64,000 nt of DNA. It comes from Sarea resinae (taxonomy: Eukaryota). The position numbers were made by a program, and so were the translations under genes. This document shows positions 25,582 through 40,085 of this stretch, piece after piece. Under the pieces are notes generated by a model. The model made no database searches. It saw only the letters and a program-made list of their open reading frames with translations, and was not told the origin of the DNA. Numbering within the stretch: the stretch's first letter is position 1; every line of letters begins with the position of its first letter. The stretch covers positions 62,001 to 126,000 of the forward strand of contig JAPEUD010000047.1 in NCBI GenBank assembly GCA_026026165.1, read 5' to 3'.

Positions 25582-26513
25582 GGGGCTGTTGTACGACTTG
25601 TCTAGCGTGGGATTGTTTGCTTCATGGAGGCTCGAGATAGGGGAATGCCATTAGTGTTGTTGATATAGATGATGGATGCAATGTTTTTTTTTTCTTTCAT
25701 TATGATATTAGACTGACAACCTAGACGAGCTACGATTACAATGTGCCTAGAAGATTGGCTTTCAAGATGAGACTTGTACGGTGTGCGCATGGGATCAAAC
25801 TGGAAGTAAACAAAGTGATTGCCTCATTAGTCGAATCATCGTCTCTGTACAGGTGCATATCATGTGGGCTCTGCGAATGATTACCCTTTGCAGGAGTGAG
25901 GAGTCTCAAGAGGGTAATTGGTCTGGCTGATTGTCACGATCTGATTCCCAAGGTACTGTTAGGCTGTCTGTTTGTGTGCGCACCCTTTGCGTCAATCGCT
26001 TCCACCGGTGCAGGTGGAGGTGCCCAAGGTGGCCACGGTAGGTGGAGGAGATGTTGGATCGGTATGATGACGTCGGACGGGGTCTGAGGGCGGCCTGACG
26101 TCTTCTGATATGCGCGCAAATCAAGGCGTGTGTGTGCGTACGCAGTACTTCCAGAGGAGGTAGCTTATGTCCTTGTTACGATGCAGAGTAGGCGGTCCGA
26201 GGTACGAAGCCCTGCTGTACCGTGTAGAGGACACGGTCACGGAAACTGCATCATCCACCTGCTAATAAGTATTTCCGCCCGTCTTCCGACAAGAACGGTT
26301 CGGTGATTATATTGAATGTGCTTGCCATCAGTCCGATAGTATTGATCTTCTCTTCAATTCCCCTTCCCTGGACTCCCCAGATTACCGTACCTACCAAAGC
26401 ATCATTGGCGACTGCCCTGTTTGTGTCTGCGTCAGTCCCGTCGGCACTCACCGTCGTCACCGGAACCCTTCCTTCGCTTCTATTCAAGTCCAAGACTGAC
26501 TACGACCGAGCCC

Positions 26514-26583
26514 AGCCACCACCAGCACCACCACCTCCACCTCCACCTCCACAGCTACCTGCCTACCTACCTACCTACCTGCC
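26514..26583. repeat. (CCA/CCT)n and (CTAC)n simple repeats upstream of POM33
   Basis: Seen directly in the sequence. Confidence 0.75.
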
Positions 26584-26797
26584 TAGTAATAATCTCTCCG
26601 ACCTGCCCGCTCACAAACGCGCACACGACCAACTCCTTCCCTCACGTCGTTCCTCTACTTACCTTCGACACTCGTACCTCTATTCTCTAGGCTCGCCCGC
26701 TCGCTCTCTACCTTATCTTATAGTAGTCTCTCGAGAGACGCGGCATCCTGTATAGCCAGCTGTTTCGTGCCACTTTACAGAATCAAACAGATCAACA

Positions 26798-27898
26798 ATG
26801 GCGCCTCCTCCAGCTTCAGGACCTCTGACCCAAAGACTCACGCATCTGGCGCAAACCTTGCAATTCTACTGGTTCTTGGGGTAAGTCATGTCTCTCTTTA
26901 GGTCGTACTTCTCCCAGCGCACGCTCTTGGGTCTCATCATGGCGTCATTGCTTTCATCATATCTGTCGTTCTGAGCGGTCCGTTGTTCTCGTACGCGGCC
27001 ATTTGTCGCTTTACAAGAGATAAAACCGATCGATATCGAGTGCGAACTTGTTGCTGACTTGGATCCAACAGCCACCTTACGCTCCTGTTCTGCGCTTTCC
27101 GCTATGGCCTCTCCTACTTTACCCTCAACTACTACAGCAAAACCGCCATCTTGACCTATAGGACTGCTTTCCTTGCTGCTCCTGCCACATATGGCATCGT
27201 TGTCTACAAGGCCCACCGTGCTCGTGCGCGTGCTGGAACAAAGCCACCGGGTGGAGCGCTTGGTCTTCTCGCTGATGAGAACGTCCAATATTTGAGTAAG
27301 TTCATCTACCCGCTGGTTTTGCTGATGTGATGGGATTGCAAATGACTGACGGCTTTTGCTCACAGTCATGGCTCTTGTCTGGTTGTACTCGAGACAGGTC
27401 CCCTTGGCTCTGCTTCCCTTCATGGTCTACTCCATCTTCCATGTTGCGACCTACACCCGAAGTACGCTCATTCCCACCGTTTACCCGCCTCAACAAGGTG
27501 TTGCCGGATCAGGTTCTGCATTGGGTGATACCATTGGAAAGTTCATCAAGGAGCACTATGACACCAGCATGACTATCGTTGCCTATCTCGAGATTGGCCT
27601 CTGGTGCCGTCTGCTTCTCGGCGCCTTCACCTTTGCCAAGGGCACCTGGGTCTTGTTCGGCATCTACACTCTGTTCTTCCGCGCCCGGTATTCGCAAAGC
27701 ACCTTTGTCCAGGGAGCGATCAACGGCTTGGTCGCCAGAGTTGACGCTACTCTTGCAAACCAGAGCACCCCACCTGCGGCTCGCCAAGCTTGGGACACGG
27801 TCAAGGGCTTTGCCAGACAAGCAACCGATGCCACTGACGTGAACAAGTATGTTAGTTCGCCTGGTGCTCCTGGTGCCGGTCCTAAGAAGGCGCAATGA
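26798..27898 (+). CDS. POM33: TMEM33-family ER/nuclear pore membrane protein (Pom33/Per33)
   Basis: Three exons. LAQTLQFYWFLGH, ATYGIVVYK, LLADENVQYL and YSIFHVATYTR. Confidence 0.92.
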
Positions 27899-28702
27899 GT
27901 GGACTAGTAGGAGATCACAAGTCAAGAAAGCCTCTAGCGTGTGGACGGGCTCAAGCGTCTAGTTGGCTGTAGGTCGCATCAGCTGGAAGGCCAGCGAGAC
28001 AAGTCCGACATGAGAGGATGGAATGCGTGTGTGATGCGATGGGTGCAAAAATCGTGCCAGACTGGTATGATAGGAGTCGGAGCCATGAGTTGAAGGTTGC
28101 GGGTGACTAGTAGGAAGTCGATGAACTTCGGATTGATTGTGGGGACTGCTAATGCCATGGGGCACAATGGGAGGAAAGGACGGTCCTGGGGTTTCTACTA
28201 CTATGCGAATGTTTGCTGTGCCACGCGTGTATGTTTGTTTCTCCCTAGTCTAATTTTTTTCGTGAATAAACTAGATTGCCCACCAGGCAGCGGAGGCTTC
28301 TTCTGCCTTCTCCTCCGCCCTGCTCACCCAGGCCCTCTTTGAACTTTGGGATGATCTAGGATCTCGTCAAGGCTCTCCGTTTGAATCCATGAGTTCCTAG
28401 AATTGGTGACGATAATCTGCTGCCATCTCTCGGCACTGGAATCTGGACGCTGGAATCGCGAGTAGAATACAAATGTACTGCGTAGCGAGCTACCTCCCTT
28501 ACCTTCAGTACTTGCCTACCTACTATGTACTCCGGAGTAGTACTGCCTACTCCACAGTTTGGAAGTTACCTGGCCTGTAAGATCGATCGGATTGGCCACA
28601 TCCCCACCATTTCCCTGGACCCTCCCTGTAGTGTGTAGAATTCCTTAATCTTATCAGCACTCGGTCCGATCCATCGAGCAAAAGCTGGCCGGGGACATAA
28701 AC

Positions 28703-28789
28703 ATGTCGCCGCTGAGGAATCCAGGCCCCAGGAATCTTCGCGCGCGTCATCCCCAACGATTAGATCATCAACTCCTCCTCCTATCATAA
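28703..28789 (+). other. 28-codon upstream ORF whose stop overlaps the main ATG (TAATG)
   Basis: aacATG at 28703 encodes MSPLRNPGPRNLRARHPQRLDHQLLLLS*. TAA 28787-28789, main ATG 28789-28791. Confidence 0.45.
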
Positions 28790-31328
28790 TGGCACCGCCC
28801 GCCCCGAGCGGCAGCACGGCGCAAAACGATGGAGCAGGATCGCATGCGGCGAGGTTCCCGGACGACGGCGCCATCCACCCGGCCACGAACGATTTCGCGC
28901 CTCCCATGACGGGCACCTCGAACGGTACCGGCGAAGGGGCGGTCGAGGAGCCCGCGGAGCCAACTGCTCGGACGGCTCTCTTGCGCACCACGGGGGACCG
29001 GGCCGGCCTTTTCTCGCCTCGTCGTCCTGGGTCGGCGAAGAGCTATGGTAGCTTCTCTACTTCTACGGGCGAGCTACGGGACGGATTTGGGGGACGGTAT
29101 GGGGGTGGTGGTGGTGGTCGGGGTGAAGGGGATAGTCGTGGAGTCGGAAGTGGGAGTGCGAGTGCGAGTGGGACCGCTGCGAATGAAGTCCTGGGGGACG
29201 CGATAGCGGATGGGGTTCTAGGTGGCCGCCTTGGTAATGGTGACGGGGCAGGGGAAGAGGGAGGGAAACAGATGAGTACGACGTCGTGGTTGGCGAACAA
29301 GCATGGTGTCAGGAATAAAAGGCTGATGTGAGTCTTGCTTGTGCTTTCTTTTATCGTCAAGGTTTCTTGGATATCAGATCTGATTGATTGATGGATGCGA
29401 GCAGGTATCTGAGCTATTACTTCCCCTTCTACAATTGGATTAGACAGTACAGATGGTCTTACTTCCAAGGCGATGTGGTCGCGGCGTTGACCATGGCTTC
29501 TTTCTATATTCCAATGTCGCTATCCTACGCCTCGAATCTGGGCCACGTCCCTCCGATCAACGGACTCTACTCCTTCGTCTTCAACCCGTTCGTCTATGCC
29601 CTGCTCGGCAGCTGCCCTCAGATGGTCGTCGGACCCGAAGCAGCTGGGTCCCTGCTTGTGGGCACGGTCGTGAAATCGAGCGTTGATCAAGGCCACTCTG
29701 GCGACGAGGACGACATGCAGAATGCTCAGATCGCGGGCATCGTCACTGGCATAGCGGGCGCTGTTATATTTGTGGCAGGCCTGACGCGGCTGGGTTTCCT
29801 GGACAACATGCTTAGTCGGCCTTTTTTGAGGGGTTTCATCAGTGCGATAGGGTTCGTGATCGTGGTTGATCAACTTATTCCTGAGATGGGACTTTCGAGG
29901 TGGGCAAGACATGTTGGGGGCGCGAGCCATGGGAGCAGTGTGGACAAGATCATTTTCTTAGTTGAGAATGTGGGGCACGCGCATGGTCTTACGTGCGCTG
30001 TGGCTTTTGGGAGCTTTGCTATTATCATGGTCTTCAGAGAGCTCAAGAAACGGCTCCAGCCGCGCTTTCCAAGCATGGCGTATATTCCCGATCGGTTTGT
30101 CGTGGTCGTCTGCTCGGCAATCTTGACATGGAAATTTGGCTGGGATAAACAGGGTCTTGTGATTCTGGGCGACGTGAGATCCAAGACGGGCAGACCGTTT
30201 CCGGTCTTGTCGCCATTTTCCTTGGGGCACATGAGGATTATCCGGGAAGCCATGAGCACGTCTTTTCTGATTGCACTATTGGGCTTCTTTGAGTCCTCCG
30301 TCGCGGCGAAGAGTCTCGGAGGAGGAGAGGGAAAGAAAGATGGGATTCAGGGAATGTCTCTGAGTGCCAATCGGGAATTGGTGGCTCTTGGTGTTGCGAA
30401 TATAGTAGGAGGCCTTTTTATGGCCCTTCCTGCTTTTGGTGGATATGGTAGGAGCAAGGTCAATGCGTCGACGGGAGGGAGGACGCCGATGAGTAGCCTC
30501 ATACTCAGCCTGATCACCCTGATATCTGTACTTTTCGTTTTGCCGTACTTCTATTACGTACCAGTAAGTGACTGCCCTGTTGCGATATTCATCTGTCGAG
30601 ACTGCTAACGATCGAAACAGAAAGCAGTCCTGTCTTCCATGATTTCCGTCGTTGCATACTCACTTGTCGAAGAAGCGCCGCATGATATTCGCTTCTTCTT
30701 CCGCATCCACGGCTGGTCCGAGCTTGCTCTAATGGGCCTCATTTTCGCCGCCACGATTTTCTATTCGCTATCATTCGGCATTGCCATTGGCATCGGCCTC
30801 TCACTCATCAGTGTCCTCAGACACAGTACCCGCCCACGAATACAGATCCTCGGGCGCGTACCAGGCACGACAGATCGATTTGAAAATGCCGAGGACGAGC
30901 CCGAGCGGCTCGAATTCATCGAAGGTTGTCTGATCGTCAAAATTCCCGAACCTCTTACATTCGCCAACACCGGGGAGCTGAAAAGCCGGCTTCGACGCTT
31001 AGAGCTGTATGGCACCATGACGGCGCACCCCGCCCTGCCACGCGTGCGGAATCCGGAACACAATAAGAATGTCATCTTCGACGTGCACGGCGTGACGAGT
31101 CTAGATGGCTCAGGCGCGCAAGTGCTGTTGGAGATTGTCGAGTCTTATGCGTCGCGTGGTGTGAGGGTTTTCTTTTGTCGGGTGCCCTCGGAGCGGAGCG
31201 CCGTATTCAAGCTCTTTGAAAGGAGCGGCATTGTCGACGTGTGCGGTGGACGGGGGCATTTTGTTAAAAGCGTTACTGAGGCGTTGAGGCTGACTGAGGC
31301 CGAGAGTCTGATGGAGGTAGAGATCTGA
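28789..31328 (+). CDS. SulP/SLC26 sulfate (anion) transporter with STAS domain
   Basis: Exons 28789-29327, 29405-30563 and 30621-31328. GDVVAALTMASFYIPMSLSYA, GLYSFVFNPFVYALLGS, NRELVALG, FGGYGRSKVN and STAS motifs (EPLTFAN, VIFDVHGVTSLDGSG). Confidence 0.95.
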
Positions 31329-31680
31329 GGGATATTCGATTGAGTCCGGTATCCATGAGTGTTTGCTTCGGGTTCTCGGCTTAGGGTGCTTGTGACTGCC
31401 TGTGTTTTTTTGGGGCTTTTGTATTATGTGAACGGCCTTAAGGGAGGGAGGCAAGTGTTAGAACATAGATGATTGGAATCTCGTGTGATCCAGCTTGATT
31501 GCTTTGCTGCTACAAACTTTTACCATGGCTTCTACTTGCCTACCTCGACTTGTTCTGCGACAGGTGATTTGGCTCAAACTGAACAGTGTCTTGCACCTTA
31601 CCAGCCCAACAACGAAGAATATTAGAGGCAAGGTTATTCTGCATCTCGATATCTTCCAGGTGTTACCAGTGATCGAAATC

Positions 31681-33392
31681 ATGAAGCTCCTCCATCTCTT
31701 CCTGCTTTCCTGCTTTCATTTTAACATCGTCCTCTCTGCATCTCCCGTCTTCCATTTCACGATCCACCGCCGTGGCGGTGCCTTTCCGACAGAGGATGTG
31801 GCAGACCTTGCATTCCTGACACAAGAAGTTGCTGCTGCGGAGGCGAGGTTCAATCTTACAATAAGAGAGTTCAAAGGAAACAAGGTCATTCGGAAGGCCA
31901 GGATAAGGGAAGATAGCTCAGACCACGGTCCGCTTATGGGCGACGTGGGACAACATGGCCGCTGGTAAGTCGCTCTTCGTATATGGACGATCAGATGTTA
32001 GAAGCTGAGAGACGGGTGGACAGGTTTGCTAAGCTCAAGCTCGGCGATCCCCCACAAGAGACGGAAGTGGATTTGGATATGTTGACGTCGGATCTGTTCG
32101 TTTTTACCACGACGAGCAACAAGGGAAGCCGTTTCGACGATCTCTGGTCTCAATCTTATAGTATGACAGCCTTTCAAGTTGTTCTGGCTATATGCTAAAT
32201 CTGTCTAGCCAAGCCTACCAAGCACCCTCATCCCTCATGCGGCATCGCCACAGACATCCTTGAACTCCGTAAAACTAATGTATCAGTTCCTATCTCCTTC
32301 GCTCACTGCAAACCCTCAAAGTCCTCACTTCAGACTCTGCTCTCCTCGGGTAGCCTGCTTGGCCTAGCCCCTTCTAAGAGTCTCAGCGAAACAATGACAC
32401 CGTCGTTGATAGAACAGCTTGACAAAGCACACTTGATCGACCACCCCATCTGGTCACTGTCTCTCATCAACGCACACGAAGGTGTCTTCAGCGTTGGCGG
32501 TACGCTTGCCGATGTAGTTGAGCGTGTAGACACGCAGACAAAGAAGCAGCTGGATCAAATTGGCGGTTCTGAGGGGTACAACGTTGCACCTGGTGCGGTG
32601 GAAGCAACGCGTGAAAAGCGAGGAGGCACCACGGCGGCGGCAAAAGACACAGGTATGGATTGGCGCAGTAAATGGAGATGGAGTAAAGTACAGGGTGCAG
32701 AGGGCTGGTGGCAGATTCTGATGCAGGGGGCTTGGGTGGAAAAGACCAAAGTCTTAAAGAATCAGCCTGTTGTCATCGACGTGAGTGTTCCTGCCTGCCT
32801 GCCTTTTCCTGTTTCCCTCGCTTTTGAGGGGAACCTTTCCCTAATGGAGTCCTCTTTCTCCCTCATAGCTCAACACCCCCTTCATTCTCGCTCCACCAAA
32901 TTCCGCCCGCATCCTCTATGCTTCCATATCCGGCTCCCGTCCTCTCCCACCCCCATATGATGCCTTCCACATGTTTCCATGTCTCAACCCACCAGAGCTG
33001 CACTTCGAATTCGGCGGCTGGGCTTTCCCAGCTCTGCACGGTGAGAGAGGACTAGAGTGGAGTGGAAGACCAGGAGGGAAGTTCAGTTTGGGAAGAATCG
33101 ACGAAGGCAGTGGATATTGCGTTGGAGCGATTGTAGAGACGAGGATGGGTCTAGGAAGTGATGAAGCAAATGGCGGTGATGCTCAAGGGCAGGCTATGGG
33201 AAATAATGGGATGAGAGATGTTTGGGTAATCGGCGAACGCTTCTTCTGGGGTGTTGGAGGGGTGTTCGATGTGAGTTTTCCCGGCCACTTCTCTTTGCAT
33301 ACTTCTTGACTCCGTATTCCATCGCGTTCAATGTAGATGTGCTAATATACATCTAGGTTGCCGAGAAGACGATCGGTATGCGAATATACTGA
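31681..33392 (+). CDS. Secreted pepsin-like (A1) protein with degenerate catalytic motifs
   Basis: Signal peptide and five exons. FAKLKLGDPPQETEVDLDMLTSD, WWQILMQG, VVIDLNTPFIL, WVIGERFF..VFDVAEKTIGMR. Confidence 0.82.
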
Positions 33393-33915
33393 GCCAGGAT
33401 CTGAACTCTCTTTGCTCCTTTCGCTATGAGAGATATCTTGCAGATAGCTAAGTGTGCTCTTTGAATTAGCATAGAAAAAGGAAAAATGTGTTCTCTACAG
33501 CTATCCTATCTCTATTGCATATGTAATCGCAGCTATATAGCAAATTCAGATGAATCTCTAGAACCTAAACACCTTAGCTATATTGCCTGAAGATTGTAGC
33601 CTTATAATAACTGTTAAATTTGCTTAAGCTAAACAAGCTTTCCTGTACTGCGTTAGCACGCTTAGATGCCTAAGAGAACTTTATATGATTACTGCTGCAG
33701 ATCCCTTTCCAAAGTGTCGCGGGATATAGAGCAAGGGGGAGCCTTTTCCCTTTATCCTGTATTCACAGCTGCAAATGGGACTGTTTAATAGAGGCTTTGT
33801 TGCTAGCCATGTCCCAGTCGCTCAACATGATACGCAGATAAGGGGATGATTCAGGGGCTCGAGGGGTTCTATTGCGTCGCTTAGATGCTGCAAGCGCTTT
33901 ACACGAAATACCAGA

Positions 33916-33946
33916 ACGCGAAACGCGTGAGTGGTCAGGAACGCGT
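33916..33946. promoter_or_regulatory. MCB (MluI cell-cycle box) cluster upstream of MCM3
   Basis: ACGCGAAA at 33916 and ACGCGT at 33923 and 33941, about 270-300 bp before the ATG. Confidence 0.7.
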
Positions 33947-34216
33947 CGAGCGTCAAGCGAATCTAAGTAGAAGATTGATACTACTCCCAGCTCCGTACTT
34001 TGAACGGTAGCGGAATGCCATCGACCATCCTCATTGACCAACGTCGAGTCCATGAACTCTTTTCCGCCACGACGAGAGACTAAATATTGATCGCGATTAT
34101 ACCAATCGCCAACGGGGATAGAGCCTCTGACCTTCCTCGAAGCTGCACCGTGACTTCTAGCAGCGACCAGCCTCGGCATCGAAAACGGTATTCTTCAATC
34201 ATCGACCCCGCCTAAG

Positions 34217-37330
<3,114 letters not shown>

Positions 37331-37976
37331 GACATGAAGCCCCGAGGCTGGCAGGGGAGAGGGAAAGACACAGTGACTGGGTCGGTCTGACTAGGCGACG
37401 CATGATGGACGGACGGATGCATGGGCGTTTTTAGTTGTTTCTTATGACCGAACGACGATGGGCAATGGGCAATGGGCAACGGGAGGGAGTTTCCCTCGTG
37501 GTTTTTCTGTTTCGTTTGGCTTTATTTATTCGGTGCCCCCGGTTCCAATGATTCTTTATATATTTCACTAGATAGGGTTAAACAGGATATGATATCACTT
37601 TCGATTCTACCATTCATTTTCCGCTTCAATTTCGATTTGACTCCCAGCAACGACGAGAAACGGGCTTGAGATGATGAGTCATGAGAGATGAGGGAGCCTT
37701 TGATTCGAATAAGCTTATCTTACATAGCAGGAGAATTTCTGCCCTCTACTGTATCTCTGTTGTCCTCCCCGTATCCCCTCCTGTCATTCCCTCTCTCCCT
37801 CCCTTTTTCCCAGCCTCTGCAGCTGATATGAGATAAGATGTAAGTACCCGCCCATTCTGAGACGAGGTTGGAGGAGAAAAAAAAAAGCGGCATGATACGC
37901 GACACTATACAGATATGATATCCACTTCCACTAGGGGCCCTACCATTTCCTCTCGGTTTTCGTCTACTCTCCTAGT

Positions 37977-39197
37977 CTAGACGACCACCTCGCCGCCATC
38001 AATCATGACGGGCTTCCAGTCGGCGGCCTTGTCACCCTCGACGTCACTCGGCACCCTGCCACCCTTGGTGCCGCCAGCAGCGGCATCGAACGGACTATAC
38101 AGATACCAGCCCTTCAAGGCGCCAATGGCGGCCCTCAAGCGGGCCTCGTCCAGGCTGCCGCCGGCGCCCTCGCCGAGCTTGTCGGCGCCCGAATACACGC
38201 CGACGACGAAGACGGGATGGCGGGACTTGCGGCCCGTCTCGGACACGAGGCGGGCGACGGGGCTCTCGAAGCCCTCGCGCGCGCAGAGTCGGCTCAGGTC
38301 GCGCGTCGGCTGCCGGAAGGAGAAGAGCGTCGACATGTCGAGGTGGCGCGCCAGGATGTGGGCGCGGAAGAAGGTCTTGTAGGCCGCGGCGCCGGCGTGC
38401 AGGTACAGGGCGGCGAAGAGGGCGTGCACGAACGACGAAGAGGCGTCCTCGAGCGTGGTGCCGGCGGCGGCCGTGTCGCTGGTGGGCTGGGACGGCGTGC
38501 GCAGGTCGCCGAAGCTGTTGTCGTAGACGATTCGCGACGAGAGGCCGCGCCGCCAGTGGGACTGGTTGGCGTTGGGCCGGGAGGACGACAAGAGGGAGGG
38601 GTCGGGTGAGCCCGGGGGGAGGCGGACGTGCTGGAGGAGGCCCGGGTCGACTTCTCCGCCCGGCGCCGCGGCCGTCTCGAGACCCCATTCCCGGGCGATG
38701 GTGGCGAGAGCCTTGGGACCGACGTAGGCGTACATGGCGGCGTAGGTGACGCTCATGGGGAGGCGGGGGAAGCGGCAGACGAGCGACTCGGCCGTGCTGT
38801 GGAGGAGGAGCGTCGAGCCGAGGGCGGAGAGGGAGGCGTTGTTGAAGGAAGGGTCGGGGTCGGCGGTGGGGTCGACGAGGCAGCGAGCGAGGGTCTGGAG
38901 CGGCAGGGAGGAGGGGAGTGAAAGTCGGGCGTGGAGGGCGGCCAGTTTGGCGCTCGAGGGGGCCAGAGACGGCGGAGGCGATGGGAGCGATGTTAGGGAG
39001 TCCGGGACGAATGGAGTTGGGGGTGACGAATTGCTGGAGGTGGAGGAAGATGAGGGTGCTGCTTCATCTGCAACTGTCGATGTCGATTGAAAGCGCAAGG
39101 AGCTGGCAAAGTATTGGTGTGCTGGAATGGCTGCTCTTCTCGTCGTCCGCGGCGCCAGGAGCTGGCCGCTCCATCGCTGTGGCCGTATCCGCTTCAT
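37977..39197 (-). CDS. MRPL3: Mitochondrial ribosomal protein mL44 (RNase III-like fold plus dsRBD)
   Basis: Intronless. SAKLAALHARLSLP, PGGEVDPGLL, QPTRDLSRLCAREGFESPVARLVSETGRKSRHPVFVVGVYSG and ALKGWYLYSP. Confidence 0.93.
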   Translation of the reverse strand: MKRIRPQRWSGQLLAPRTTRRAAIPAHQYFASSLRFQSTSTVADEAAPSSSSTSSNSSPPTPFVPDSLTSLPSPPPSLAPSSAKLAALHARLSLPSSLPLQTLARCLVDPTADPDPSFNNASLSALGSTLLLHSTAESLVCRFPRLPMSVTYAAMYAYVGPKALATIAREWGLETAAAPGGEVDPGLLQHVRLPPGSPDPSLLSSSRPNANQSHWRRGLSSRIVYDNSFGDLRTPSQPTSDTAAAGTTLEDASSSFVHALFAALYLHAGAAAYKTFFRAHILARHLDMSTLFSFRQPTRDLSRLCAREGFESPVARLVSETGRKSRHPVFVVGVYSGADKLGEGAGGSLDEARLRAAIGALKGWYLYSPFDAAAGGTKGGRVPSDVEGDKAADWKPVMIDGGEVVV

Positions 39198-39560
39198 CTC
39201 TGGTGAGCCTCGCTCGAGGAGAGGAGTTGCCTTTTGCCTGTATGAGGTTGCAGACACGAAAGGGTCACAAATTGACGATGTGGAGAGTCAATTGATGGGA
39301 GTGAGGACGAGGTGGTGAGCGTGGGAGCTTCGCTGGTGGCGGCTCTTGGTTGTCGACAGAGCTCGATGTACGGATTGGGAGTCGAAAAAATGCAAATGTA
39401 AGAGAGGTCGCGACTACTGGCTTAGCCCATTGTCGGGGTCACAGGTGCATGACTAAGCGGGCGAGCGAGCGAGCGAGCGAGCCATGCTGCCGACGGCGGA
39501 TCATGAACATCAAGGAAACCGCCGTGTCACGAATCGCATCTCCACTCCCGCACCGCTCCA

Positions 39561-40014
39561 ATGGATCACAAGAACATCGAGAAGGACACCCTGAAGGGCG
39601 ACCTGGTCAAAGGCGCCTCCGTCTCCCATGGCAATGGCGGCAAGGTCCCGTAAGTGCTCGGCCAGCCTGCGTTGCGCCGCTGGAAGGAGAAGACGAGACC
39701 GAGCTGACGGACGGGATAGCTACCCCAAGCACATCTGGTCGCCCGCGGGAGGCTGGTACGGCCAGCCCGCGAACTGGAAGGGCAACACTGCCGTCATCGG
39801 ACTCGCCGTCGCAGGACTCGCAGCCGTTGCGTGGAGCGTCAGTGCCGACAGAGAAAAACGGTCGAGGTTTCCAGAGGAGGGCCGATTCTTTCCGAGTCGA
39901 TTGTAAGTGCACCATGGCTGGAGACGCGTATGGACTAGGAACACGACTGACGCATCTTTCAGTTGGAGTAAACAGATCATAGAGCACGAGAAGGAGGTCA
40001 AGGGTGCACAATAG
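39561..40014 (+). CDS. Small single-TM protein resembling the fungal complex I accessory subunit NUUM
   Basis: Exons 39561-39649, 39720-39902 and 39963-40014. GGKVPYPKHIWSPAGGWYGQPANWKGNT, TM segment, FFPSRFWSKQ. Confidence 0.8.
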
Positions 40015-40085
40015 AGGGATGGAACGGAGAGACGGAGATATCGGGAAAATAGGGAACGTCATGGAAGGGAGCTCTTGATTGCTGG

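Noticed and set aside
38005..39295. Multiple long overlapping ORFs on MRPL3
   Set aside because: Stop-codon depletion caused by extreme GC content.
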